From: an uncultured Gemmatimonadales bacterium
GTDB lineage: Bacteria; Gemmatimonadota; Gemmatimonadetes; Gemmatimonadales; GWC2-71-9
DNA length: 64,000 nt
Assembly: GCA_963826065.1 (NCBI GenBank)
Contig: CAWGVP010000003.1
Location: 224,264-288,263, forward strand
Direction: 5' to 3'
Position numbers and translations under genes: made by a program
In this document: positions 19,130 through 27,979 of the stretch, piece after piece
Layout of the letters: each line of letters opens with the position of its first letter
Numbering within the stretch: the first letter of the stretch is position 1
The notes under the pieces: generated by a model
What the model was told of the DNA's origin: nothing
What the model saw: only the letters and a program-made list of their open reading frames with translations
Database searches by the model: none

Positions 19130-19534
19130 TCAGTGCCCTTCCTCGAGGAGGGCACCGCGCACCTTGGCGAGCAGCTGTTCCGCACTGAAGGGCTTGAGCA
19201 GGAGAGGGAGCGGCGACTCGCGCACGCCGAGCTGGGCCGTCAACTCCAGCGCGTGCCCGGTCATCAGCAGGATGCGGAGCCTGGGCGTCGCCGCGAGCGC
19301 CCGGTCCACCAGCTCCAGGCCGTGCATCTCCGGCATGACGATGTCGGTCAGCACCAGATCGATGCCCGGCTCCTTCTGAAGCGTGCTCAATGCCTCCGGG
19401 CCGGACCTCGCCTCGAGCACCTTGTAGCCCGCCATCCGCAGCATCCGCGACGTGAGACGGAGGACGCCACGGTCGTCGTCCACCACCAGTACGGTCCCCC
19501 CGCCCTCTCCGGCCCCGACCCCGGTCCTGTCCAT
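19130..19534 (-). CDS. Single-domain response regulator receiver
   Basis: VLVVDDD, LVLTDIVMP, MTG, KPF; start uncertain (ORF open to 19606). Confidence 0.85.
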   Translation of the reverse strand: MDRTGVGAGEGGGTVLVVDDDRGVLRLTSRMLRMAGYKVLEARSGPEALSTLQKEPGIDLVLTDIVMPEMHGLELVDRALAATPRLRILLMTGHALELTAQLGVRESPLPLLLKPFSAEQLLAKVRGALLEEGH

Positions 19535-19650
19535 CTGGGGGGAGAGCCACCCGCGAGGCTGGCGCGTGACCCAGCTCTGCAGGGCGACGGCTGACGATTT
19601 CAGCACTGGATCCTCAAGGCGAAGGGGTGGTGAACATGGCAGGGAAATGA

Positions 19651-19947
19651 CTACTCAGCAACCCTGGGGCGAGGCGAGGCGGGACCCGGCAATTCTTGCC
19701 GTCTTCGAAGATACCGGATCATATCGGCCGTGCGCTCGAATACCCTGACATCGGGCGAGGCGAGGGCCCGCGCCCGCGGCTCGAGCTTGAGATCGAGGTG
19801 GGGCCAGCGCCGGGTCCCGAGGTGGAGGGCCTGGCGGGGTGCGCCGACCAGCTCCCGGAATGCCTCCAGCTCCGCGATGTCGTTGCTGGTAGAGAGGACG
19901 TGCGACCAGCCGGGGGCGTACAGGTTTTCCCGGTCCATCACGATCAC
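19651..19947 (-). CDS. DUF4031-like small protein
   Basis: WSHVLS…ELEAF…PHLDL…RARAL pattern. Confidence 0.55.
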   Translation of the reverse strand: MIVMDRENLYAPGWSHVLSTSNDIAELEAFRELVGAPRQALHLGTRRWPHLDLKLEPRARALASPDVRVFERTADMIRYLRRRQELPGPASPRPRVAE

Positions 19948-20783
19948 GCGTGATGCCCTTCCCGGAGAAATGCCACCGCGCGGCCGATCACGGCGGGGTC
20001 GCGCAGCAGGGCGCGGTGCCCCAGCCCGCTGGTGCTCTCCAGGATCGAGCCCGCCCAGGCGCCCACGATCTCTTCGCCGTGTGCGAAGGGCACGTCGGTG
20101 TCATCCCGGTCGTGGATGACCAGCGCCGCCGCGGGCAGCTCCCGGACCACGGAGGGGATGTGGAGGTCGTCCCAGACGATCCGGAGCCGGCGCTCCAGAT
20201 TCCGGTGCATCGTCTGCTGCACCGCCGGAGGGATCGCGAGCGAACGGGCGAACAGATCGGAAAAGATCCGCACGTCGGCCGGCGGTGCGATGAGCACCAC
20301 CCGCCGTGCGGCCACCCCGTGGCGCATGGCCATCGCCACCGCTGCGCCACCGAGCGAATGGCCCACCAGCCCGTGGATCGGGCCGACCGCCTCCGCCACA
20401 TCTCCCAGGGCCCGGGCGAACTCCGGCAGCGAGGCGAACCGTCCGGTGGACGCCCCGTGCGCGGGTGCGTCGTAGGCCACGACCCGGAATCCCGACTCCA
20501 CCAGCGCGGCCGCCAGCAGTCCCAGCCGACCGGCGCGGCTTCCCCAGCCGTGCACCAGGACTACGGTCGGACCGCTTCCCCATTGCCACCCTGCGAGGTG
20601 CTGGCCCTGGCTCGCGAGGCTGAAGCGCTCGCCGGTGGCGAGGAAGGCTTCGTCCCCGTCGCGCGGGGGTGGCGGGGTGCAGAAGAGGGTCTCCGCCCAC
20701 CGGGCCGCGAGCGTGGGAGCCACCGCCCCCACGGTGCGGAAGGCGGTGCGGATCGCCCAGAGACGGGGTGAAGGTCGAGCCAT
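19944..20783 (-). CDS. Alpha/beta hydrolase
   Basis: LVHGW, GHSLGG, HDRDD, GLGH catalytic triad motifs. Confidence 0.88.
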   Translation of the reverse strand: MARPSPRLWAIRTAFRTVGAVAPTLAARWAETLFCTPPPPRDGDEAFLATGERFSLASQGQHLAGWQWGSGPTVVLVHGWGSRAGRLGLLAAALVESGFRVVAYDAPAHGASTGRFASLPEFARALGDVAEAVGPIHGLVGHSLGGAAVAMAMRHGVAARRVVLIAPPADVRIFSDLFARSLAIPPAVQQTMHRNLERRLRIVWDDLHIPSVVRELPAAALVIHDRDDTDVPFAHGEEIVGAWAGSILESTSGLGHRALLRDPAVIGRAVAFLREGHHA

Positions 20784-20794
20784 CGCGAGTGTGC

Positions 20795-22072
20795 CTATCG
20801 GCTGGCGGTGCGTGGCTGGGGTGATCGGGTTTTGACCACCTTCCCATTCTTCATGACGAAATGCACCTGCTTCAGCGTGCGGGCGTCGGCCAGGGGGTTG
20901 CCCGGCGCGGCGATGATATCGGCCGCCATGCCGGGCGCGATGGTGCCGCGCTCCTTCTCCACACCGAGCAGGCGCGCGGCGTTGACCGTCATGGCCTGAA
21001 GAATGGCGGCGGGCGTCAGGCCGGCGTCCACGTAGCTGTCGATCCAGGTGATCGCGAGCGAGCCGCGGGTGGTACCCGGCAGGTCGTGGATCGCGTCGGT
21101 GCCGAACGCGATGGTGACGCCGGCCTTGTGGCCGGCCCGGAGCCGGTCGATCTCCTGCTCGTATTCCTTCTGGCCGGCCGTATCACCCCGGAAGCGCTTG
21201 AGGACGGCCGCCGGGAATGGCGTGAACACGGCGACGACGCCGTTCCGCTTGGCGAGGGCGAGGTCCTCGTCGGAGATCCCGTTCAGGTGCTCCATCGAGG
21301 CGACGCCGGCCAGGGCCGCGTTATGGGCGCCGGCCGCGGTCCATACGTGGGCCGCCACCTTGACCCCGGACTTCGCGGCCTCGTCCACCACGAACCGGAT
21401 GTCCTCTGGCGTGTAGATGTACGGCTGGTCGTCCACCACCAGCTTGATCACCTTGGCGCCGTAGTGGAGGTTCTCCCGTACCGCCTTCAGCAGCTCGTCG
21501 CGGGTGTCGGCGAAGAAGTACTCCGGCGTCGCCAGCACCTCACCCTTGTCGGGCTGGAGCTGGAACTGCCCTCCGTACGGCGCGATGATCCGGCCGGCAT
21601 TGATGATCGTCGGCCCATCCACCAGCCCCTGGGACACCGCCCGCCGCAGACTGGTGCAGGCGAACTCGCCCTCGTTCCCGATGTCCCTCACGGTGGTGAA
21701 CCCCGTCTCCAGCATGCTGCGCGCGTTGGCGACGCCCTGGATGGCGCGGTAGGAGTCGGGATCGTTCAGGGTGGTGTAGTAGTAGCTCCCCGCGTCGCGC
21801 CGCATGTTCACCGTCATGCAGAGATGGGTGTGCGCGTCGAACAGGCCGGGCATCACGGCCGAGTTGGAGAGGTCGATGACCGCCGCGCCCCGCGGGATCG
21901 CGAGCTTCTTCCCCACCGCCTTCACCGTCTTTCCCTCGACCAGGATGACCTGATCCTTCGCCGCGGTGCCGGCGGCCGGATCGATCAGCGTGCCCGCGCG
22001 GATGGCGGTAACCTGGGCCTGAAGCGATGCAGCCAACAGGAGCAGCAGCGGGAGGATCTGAAGGGCACGCAT
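20795..22072 (-). CDS. Secreted amidohydrolase (Xaa-Pro dipeptidase-like)
   Basis: Signal peptide, PGLFDAHTH, GFTTVRD, FGTD, ADIIA. Confidence 0.88.
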   Translation of the reverse strand: MRALQILPLLLLLAASLQAQVTAIRAGTLIDPAAGTAAKDQVILVEGKTVKAVGKKLAIPRGAAVIDLSNSAVMPGLFDAHTHLCMTVNMRRDAGSYYYTTLNDPDSYRAIQGVANARSMLETGFTTVRDIGNEGEFACTSLRRAVSQGLVDGPTIINAGRIIAPYGGQFQLQPDKGEVLATPEYFFADTRDELLKAVRENLHYGAKVIKLVVDDQPYIYTPEDIRFVVDEAAKSGVKVAAHVWTAAGAHNAALAGVASMEHLNGISDEDLALAKRNGVVAVFTPFPAAVLKRFRGDTAGQKEYEQEIDRLRAGHKAGVTIAFGTDAIHDLPGTTRGSLAITWIDSYVDAGLTPAAILQAMTVNAARLLGVEKERGTIAPGMAADIIAAPGNPLADARTLKQVHFVMKNGKVVKTRSPQPRTASR

Positions 22073-22148
22073 GCGGGCGACTCCGACGGGTATGGGTGAT
22101 CGGCACCGGAGTATCGCCGGGCGGCGCAGCGACTGCCAGAGGTGCCTG

Positions 22149-22301
22149 CATCCGGGGGGAGGGGCCGGTGGGGGAAACTCCGCAGGGGCGCGTTAGGACG
22201 CGCAGGCGAGGAGACCGGGCGCAGTTTGCCCGGGCTCCGACCCGGAGTGTCCGGAAGCGCCCCGGAGGAGTTTCCCCCCACCGGCCCCTCCCCCCGGGAT
22301 G
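22149..22301. repeat. Long imperfect inverted repeat / rod-like hairpin (MITE-like or ncRNA)
   Basis: 22152-22181 pairs with 22267-22297 with one indel; nested inner stems. Confidence 0.7.
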
Positions 22302-23240
22302 AAGACTCAGCCCCCGCACCAGCCCGCCGTGACGACCACCCTCGCGCACGGCCCCCGCGCGAGCCATCATCCCCCTGTGCCTACGAGAACGCAGGCCCAG
22401 TCGCGGTCCACCGGCGAGTCGCTCCGGGAGTACGGCCGGGGGGTGGCCGGCGGGCTGCTCTTCAGCCTGCCGCTCCTCTATACCATGGAGGTCTGGCAGG
22501 CCGGCTTCACGATACCGGCCCATCGCCAGCTGGTCTATGTGCTGCTGGCGCTGGTGCTGCTGCTGGGCTACAACCGATACGCGGGGCTGCACCCGGACTC
22601 CTCCTGGGCGGAGGTCGCGATCGACTCGGTCGAGGAGATGGGCATCGCACTGCTGCTCTCCGCGGTCGTGCTCCTGCTGATCGGGCGGATCACGCCGTCG
22701 CAGGACGTCGGCGAGATCGTGGGGCGGATCGTGGTGGAGGCGGTGACGGTGGCGATCGGCGTGTCGGTCGGGACCGCGCAGCTCGGCGGCGAGGGGGGCG
22801 ACGCCGAGACCGGACTGCCGCACAAGGACGAAGGATCCTTCAGCGGGCAGCTCACGCTGGCGCTGTGCGGGGCCGTCCTCTTCGCGGCGAACGTCGCGCC
22901 GACCGAGGAGATCGTGCGGATCGGCATCGAGTTGCCGGGAGGCCAGCTCGCCGCACTGGCCGCCGCAACGCTGGTCCTTGGTGCCCTCGTCCTCTACTAC
23001 TCCGATTTCCGCGGCGCGCAGCGCTGGGCCAAAGTGACGGGCTTCCCCTCGGTGCTTCGCGGCACCGTGATCACCTACGCCGTCGGACTGGCGGCGTCGG
23101 CCGGCATGCTCTGGCTCTTCGGCCGCTTCGACGGCACCGGACCGCGGGCGATCGTGGGCCAGACCGTCGCCCTCGGCGTGGCATCCACCCTCGGCGCGTC
23201 CGCCGGGAGACTCCTGCTCCAGGGGAATCGCAATGACTAA
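22299..23240 (+). CDS. TIGR02587 (DUF2391) membrane protein
   Basis: RGVAGGLLFSLPLLYTMEVW, NVAPTEE, LGASAGRLLL; start uncertain. Confidence 0.85.
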   Translation: MKTQPPHQPAVTTTLAHGPRASHHPPVPTRTQAQSRSTGESLREYGRGVAGGLLFSLPLLYTMEVWQAGFTIPAHRQLVYVLLALVLLLGYNRYAGLHPDSSWAEVAIDSVEEMGIALLLSAVVLLLIGRITPSQDVGEIVGRIVVEAVTVAIGVSVGTAQLGGEGGDAETGLPHKDEGSFSGQLTLALCGAVLFAANVAPTEEIVRIGIELPGGQLAALAAATLVLGALVLYYSDFRGAQRWAKVTGFPSVLRGTVITYAVGLAASAGMLWLFGRFDGTGPRAIVGQTVALGVASTLGASAGRLLLQGNRND

Positions 23241-23616
23241 GCCCGAGAAGAACGCGCTGGAGTGGACCGTATTCGCCGTGGGGCTGGTGCTGGTTCTCGC
23301 GACGCTGGGCTATCTGGTGCGCGAATCCATCGTGAGCGGCGATGGCCCTCCCGACGTCGCGGTGCGGCTGGGTGCCGCGCGTCCGTCCCAGCACGGATGG
23401 CTCCTGCCGGTCGAGGTCACCAACGTCGGCAGCACCACTGCGGAGGACGTGCGGGTGGCCATCGAGCTGGATCTGCCCGACGGCACCAGGCAGGAAGCCG
23501 AGCTGGACATCGCGTTCCTCCCCCCCGCGTCCAAGCGGCAGGGATGGGTGAGTTTCCCGAGCGATCCGCGGCGGGGAACGCTGAGCCTGGGGACCATTGC
23601 CTTCGAGGTTCCTTGA
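23233..23616 (+). CDS. TIGR02588-like protein
   Basis: KNALEW, one TM helix, VEVTNVG.TAEDV, FLP, F..DP; coupled to the TIGR02587 gene. Confidence 0.75.
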   Translation: MTKPEKNALEWTVFAVGLVLVLATLGYLVRESIVSGDGPPDVAVRLGAARPSQHGWLLPVEVTNVGSTTAEDVRVAIELDLPDGTRQEAELDIAFLPPASKRQGWVSFPSDPRRGTLSLGTIAFEVP

Positions 23617-23688
23617 GGCCGGGTGATCCCGGTCACGCGCGGCGGCGGTGGAAGGGAGTAATCTTCGGGGACTAGGTACAACCACTCA

Positions 23689-23757
23689 GTGTCATCCTGA
23701 GCGGAGCGAAGGAGCCATGGTTCCGCTTCGGCTCCTTCGCTCCGCCCAGGATGACAC
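23689..23757. repeat. GTC-tagged palindromic (REP-like) repeat, copy 1
   Basis: GTGTCATCCTGAGCGGAGCGAAGGAGCC…GGCTCCTTCGCTCCGCCCAGGATGACAC. Confidence 0.85.
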
Positions 23758-23775
23758 CAACCACAGGACCCGACC

Positions 23776-24141
23776 ATGACCCAACCATCCGACGACTGGC
23801 TTGCCTCGTGGGAAACCGAGGACAACTACTGGCACGAGAACTTCAGCAGCCGCCCCTACGCCATCGGGGCCGACTACTACGATCGGTTCCGGCCGGCCTA
23901 CCGCTACGGGTTCGAGTCCGCCCGTCACGGCCTCGGCCGGACCTGGGAGGACGCCGAGCCCGATCTCCGCACCGGTTGGGATCGCTACGAACATCGCGGC
24001 GGGGAGCCCTCCGCCTGGGACGAGATCAAGGCCGCCGTGCGCGATGCATGGGATAGAGTGGCGGGGCAGCGCAGCGAGGCAGCGGGACAGCGGGGCGGCG
24101 GGGCAGTCGAGAAACAGCCGGACACGAGAATCCGCGAGTGA
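23776..24141 (+). CDS. Conserved hypothetical Trp/Tyr-rich protein
   Basis: FRPAYRYG…WEDAEPDL…WDEIKAAVRDAWDR pattern. Confidence 0.7.
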   Translation: MTQPSDDWLASWETEDNYWHENFSSRPYAIGADYYDRFRPAYRYGFESARHGLGRTWEDAEPDLRTGWDRYEHRGGEPSAWDEIKAAVRDAWDRVAGQRSEAAGQRGGGAVEKQPDTRIRE

Positions 24142-24175
24142 GACGACCTCGGTTCATGGCGGGGAGCGTCTGACC

Positions 24176-25279
24176 ATGGCCGACTCCATCCGTGACCTGT
24201 TCTTCGGCACGCCGGCCAACGAGCTGGTCGAGGCCATCGAGCCGCGGCGGACGTTCGACGACGTGGTGTTGCCGGAGACTACCCTGCGGTCGCTGAACCA
24301 CGCGCTCGCGTTGGTGCGGAAGCACGATCTCATCTTCCGCCAGTGGGGGCTGGCGGAGCGGCACTCGAGCGGGCTGGGGCTGGCGTTCCATTTCGCTGGA
24401 CCGCCGGGAACCGGGAAGACCATCTGCGCGGAGGCGCTGGCTTATGCGCTGGACCAGCGGCTGCTCGTGGTGCGCTACTCGGAGCTGGAGTCGCGCTGGG
24501 TGGGGCAGACGGCGAAGCACGTCGCCACCGTGTTCCGCGCCGCGGAGCGGCAGAACGCGGTGCTGTTCTTCGACGAGGCCGACGCGATCGCCGGCCGCCG
24601 CTTCACCTCGCTGAGCGCGGCCTACGAGCGCGAGGCCAACGCGATCGTCAACGTCCTGCTGCACGAGCTGGAGAGCTTCGACGGGGTGGTCATCTTCGCC
24701 ACCAACCTCGCCGCCAACATCGACCCCGCGTTCGAGCGGCGGATCCGCACCCACATCCTGTTCGACATGCCCAACGCGGAGGAGCGGGAGCGGATCTGGC
24801 GGGTCCAGCTCCACGCCCGGAAGACACCGCTGGCGGACGACGTCGACTTCAAGACGCTGGCGGAGCGCTATCCCCGGAGCGGCGGCGACATCAAGAACGC
24901 CGTGCTGAAGGCCGCCCAGATCGCGACTACGGAGCCGGGACCGGACGTGGAAAAGCGAATTCACCAGCGGCACTTCGTGCAGGGCATGGAGGAGGTGCTG
25001 GCGGCGGAGGGCGTGATGTCACAGTCGCTCTTCGACCCGCCGGCGGCGGTGTCGCAGGCCGGCGGTGTGCTGGAGCAGATGATGGAGGGACAGGACCAGC
25101 TCCGCGGGGAGCTGGGGCTGGTGGCGGAGAAGCTCGAGCGGCTGGAGAGCGGCCAGGCCAAGGCGAGAGAGGCGCTGCTGCAGCTGGAGCGGCGGGAGCC
25201 GTCGCGCGTGCCGGTGTACGTCGCCATCGGCGTGGCGGTCGCGGCGCTGCTGCTCGCGGGGGCGGCTCACATCCTATAG
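24176..25279 (+). CDS. AAA+ ATPase with C-terminal coiled coil and TM tail
   Basis: Walker A GPPGTGKT, Walker B LFFDEAD, ATN…DPAFERR; hydrophobic C-terminus. Confidence 0.88.
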   Translation: MADSIRDLFFGTPANELVEAIEPRRTFDDVVLPETTLRSLNHALALVRKHDLIFRQWGLAERHSSGLGLAFHFAGPPGTGKTICAEALAYALDQRLLVVRYSELESRWVGQTAKHVATVFRAAERQNAVLFFDEADAIAGRRFTSLSAAYEREANAIVNVLLHELESFDGVVIFATNLAANIDPAFERRIRTHILFDMPNAEERERIWRVQLHARKTPLADDVDFKTLAERYPRSGGDIKNAVLKAAQIATTEPGPDVEKRIHQRHFVQGMEEVLAAEGVMSQSLFDPPAAVSQAGGVLEQMMEGQDQLRGELGLVAEKLERLESGQAKAREALLQLERREPSRVPVYVAIGVAVAALLLAGAAHIL

Positions 25280-26164
25280 CCCCGGCCACCTCGACCGCCG
25301 CTCCAGATGCACGTCTTCGCTCCGCACGTTCCGCCCCACCATCACCACCAGCAGCCGTGACTGATACCCCTTCGCGCTGACCCGAACGTACTGCGTCCGG
25401 CAATTGTCCATCAGCGAAAGGTCGAAGCGGAATCGGTACTCCCCCTGGTTGTCGGTGAAGGTGACGTACGGCGTGCCGAGCATCTGGAGATGCGCGCCGG
25501 CCAGCGGCCTGCCACCCTCCTGCTGGAAGATCCTGCCGACCACCGTCGCGTACTGCACCGGCGCGGCCGAGTCGGGCGGCGGCGTGGGCTTGGGCACGCA
25601 CTTGTCCGGCTGCTCGGGGATGTACGACTCCATCGGCCGGACCGCCCGCGGGCCGGCACCCGGCTGGGTCGCCACGCGCCGCCGCCCGAAGATTCTGAGC
25701 GCCTCCGACTCCATCGTCGGTGCCGCGGCGCGCGGTGCCTCCCGCGGCGCCTCCGCCGGGGCGTCCTCCGCCGACGCCCCCTCGGGCTCTTCGGCCTCCT
25801 CCCCTTCGCGCCGTAGGGCCTCGGGTGGCGCGTTGGCACGGTCCTCGGGCTCGGGCTGGTTCTCCGGCGGCGGGGGCGCACGCCGCTCCGGAGGTGGGGG
25901 CGGTGGCTCGGGTTGGGGCGGCGGCGCCGGAGGCGGCTCCGGTGGCGGTGGCGGTGACTGGGGAGGCGGCGGTGGCAGATAGATCATTTCCACCTGCCTT
26001 GTCGGCTCCCGCCGCCGCTCCGGCTCGCCTTCGTCCGGGGCCGGCTCCCGAGTAGACAGCACCACCGCGAGCACGATCACCGCCGTGTGAACCGCGGCGC
26101 TGGTCGCGAGCGAGCTCCAGGACGGACGCTGTTTGGGGAGCAGAACCGGGGGCGGCTGTGACAA
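25274..26164 (-). CDS. TonB-like Pro-rich membrane-anchored protein with carboxypeptidase-regulatory-like C-terminal domain
   Basis: TM helix with SAAVH, poly-Pro linker, VVGRI…PLAGA…TDNQGEYRF. Confidence 0.7.
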   Translation of the reverse strand: MSQPPPVLLPKQRPSWSSLATSAAVHTAVIVLAVVLSTREPAPDEGEPERRREPTRQVEMIYLPPPPPQSPPPPPEPPPAPPPQPEPPPPPPERRAPPPPENQPEPEDRANAPPEALRREGEEAEEPEGASAEDAPAEAPREAPRAAAPTMESEALRIFGRRRVATQPGAGPRAVRPMESYIPEQPDKCVPKPTPPPDSAAPVQYATVVGRIFQQEGGRPLAGAHLQMLGTPYVTFTDNQGEYRFRFDLSLMDNCRTQYVRVSAKGYQSRLLVVMVGRNVRSEDVHLERRSRWPGL

Positions 26165-26223
26165 ACGCGGGGAATCCTCGCTGCGGGACGGGTACCCCGG
26201 GAAGCTAACCGCCTGCCAGTGCA

Positions 26224-26247
26224 GTCATCCTCCCGCCTCAGGATGAC
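26224..26247. repeat. Internally deleted GTC-tagged repeat, copy 2
   Basis: GTCATCCT-cccgcctc-AGGATGAC; overlaps the stop codon of the CphA-like gene. Confidence 0.55.
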
Positions 26248-27971
26248 GCCCGGCCGGGCGGCAGCGCCTCCCCAGCCTTCCACCCCCCGTCCCGCAGCCC
26301 CTCCAGCATCTCCAGCACCCCCCGGCGATCCTGGTGCAGCGTCAGCACCAGCAGGTCCCCCGGCCGAGCCCAGCCGAGCGCCTCGCGCACTGCCGGGATC
26401 TCGGTGCCGGGCGTGGAGATCGCGGTCTCCGGCAGTCCCGCCCGGCGGAGCTCGTCCGCCATCAGGCTGGGCACTTCGCCCGGCGCGCGCCCCCGCAGGT
26501 AGGCATCCATCTCCTTCACCACGACCCGGTCCGGACGCAACGCGAGCGCGGCTCGTGCCAGCTCGCGGATCGCCTGGTCGTCGCGGTCGCCGGCCTGGCC
26601 GATCATGACCAGCCGCCGCTCGGACGGCAGGCGGTCGAGGGTCGCGGCGAGTGCCGCCATCCCGTGCGGGTTGTGGGCGTAGTCCACCACGACCCGGAGG
26701 CCGCCGATCTCGTAGACATTCGCCCGGCCGGGATTGTCCGCCGGGTCGCGGCCGAACCGGCGCAGTGTAGTCCGCACCGCGTCGAGCGGGATGCCCAGGC
26801 CCGTCGCCGCCGCGATCGCCGCGAGGGCGTTGGCCACGTTGTGCCGCGCCGCGCCACCGGCCGCCAAGGGCATCTCCTCCACCCGGGCGACGGCCTCGCG
26901 TCCCTCCCCGGTGAGGACCACGAGCTCGTTCCCGTCGGCGACCACCGCCGTCCCGCCCGATGTGGTGTGCCGGCGAACCACCGCGTTGCCGGCGTCGAGC
27001 GAGAACCAGACGATCGGCGACGCGATCGCGGTCGACGACTCCACCAGCACGGCGTCGTCCGCGTTGAGCACCAGCCGGCCGTCGGGTCCGATGGCCCGGG
27101 CCACCAGCAGCTTCGTCTCCGCCAGCTGCCGAAGGTTCTGCACGCCGAACTCACCCAGATGGTCCGCCGCGATGTTGGTGACGACGGCGACATCGGCCCG
27201 CTCGACCGTGAGCCCCCGCCGCAACAGGCCTCCGCGGGCAGTCTCGAGGATCGCGGTGTCGACCTCGCCCCGGCGCAGTGCCAGCCTGGCACCCTCGGGC
27301 CCCGAGTAGTCGCCCTCCGCGACCCGCTCGCCCCGGACGAAGACGCCCTCGGTCGAGGTGACGCCGGTGACCCGTCCCGCCTCCGTCGCCATGGCCGCCA
27401 TCAGTCGAACGACCGTCGTCTTCCCGTTCGACCCGGTGACCAGCGCGACCGGGATCTCGTGGGCCCGCGACCACGGGACCCGCCCCGGTTCGGGGAGGTC
27501 GCGCGCCGGCCAGCAGAGCACGCCGGTGCCCGCACCCGCCGAGACCAGGTCCTCGCCGCTCAGAAAGGTGAGTCCGCGCGAGCGGGCGGCGATCCGGATG
27601 GCCAGCAGGCGGGGGTCCCGCTCCTCGGCGATCGCCTGCCGCAGCCGCTCCGCCGCGGCCTCGAACTCCGGCGCCGGCCGGCGGCTCAGCGCCGCCTCGG
27701 CGGCGGTCCAGGCCCACTCGTTGAGGTCGGTGGCCGAGTAGAGGGAATCCGGCGGGGCGGTGATGGCGAGACTCGCGCCGCCCTCGAAGCGGCGGGCGAC
27801 GAGGCGCTCGTCGCTCCAACCCACGGCGCCGAGCATCCGGGTGGCGGCGTCCCACCACGCGGCGATGGCCTCGTCTCGCCGGTCGTCCGCGACCTCGACG
27901 TCGGCCACGGCGCCGGGACGGTCGAGGACCAGGCCCGGGCCGGTGAGGCGCCTGGAGTCGAGTAGCCTCAT
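26238..27971 (-). CDS. Cyanophycin synthetase-like Mur-ligase protein (N plus M domains, no ATP-grasp)
   Basis: N-terminus MRLLDSRRLTGP resembles CphA; VTGSNGKTT, ETARGG, DHLG, NADD, PGR, DYAHN, GDR. Confidence 0.85.
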   Translation of the reverse strand: MRLLDSRRLTGPGLVLDRPGAVADVEVADDRRDEAIAAWWDAATRMLGAVGWSDERLVARRFEGGASLAITAPPDSLYSATDLNEWAWTAAEAALSRRPAPEFEAAAERLRQAIAEERDPRLLAIRIAARSRGLTFLSGEDLVSAGAGTGVLCWPARDLPEPGRVPWSRAHEIPVALVTGSNGKTTVVRLMAAMATEAGRVTGVTSTEGVFVRGERVAEGDYSGPEGARLALRRGEVDTAILETARGGLLRRGLTVERADVAVVTNIAADHLGEFGVQNLRQLAETKLLVARAIGPDGRLVLNADDAVLVESSTAIASPIVWFSLDAGNAVVRRHTTSGGTAVVADGNELVVLTGEGREAVARVEEMPLAAGGAARHNVANALAAIAAATGLGIPLDAVRTTLRRFGRDPADNPGRANVYEIGGLRVVVDYAHNPHGMAALAATLDRLPSERRLVMIGQAGDRDDQAIRELARAALALRPDRVVVKEMDAYLRGRAPGEVPSLMADELRRAGLPETAISTPGTEIPAVREALGWARPGDLLVLTLHQDRRGVLEMLEGLRDGGWKAGEALPPGRASS

Positions 27972-27979
27972 GTCAAGGA

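Noticed and set aside
22149..22301. Hairpin as SRP RNA or 6S RNA
   Set aside because: GTCCGGAAG is present but not as an apical tetraloop with the SRP CAGG/AGCA loop; no large central bubble as in 6S
23905..23925. GGTTCGAGTCC T-loop-like motif suggesting a tRNA
   Set aside because: Inside a coding region, no cloverleaf
25860..25975. GGC/GGT low-complexity tract
   Set aside because: Explained by the poly-proline linker on the minus strand
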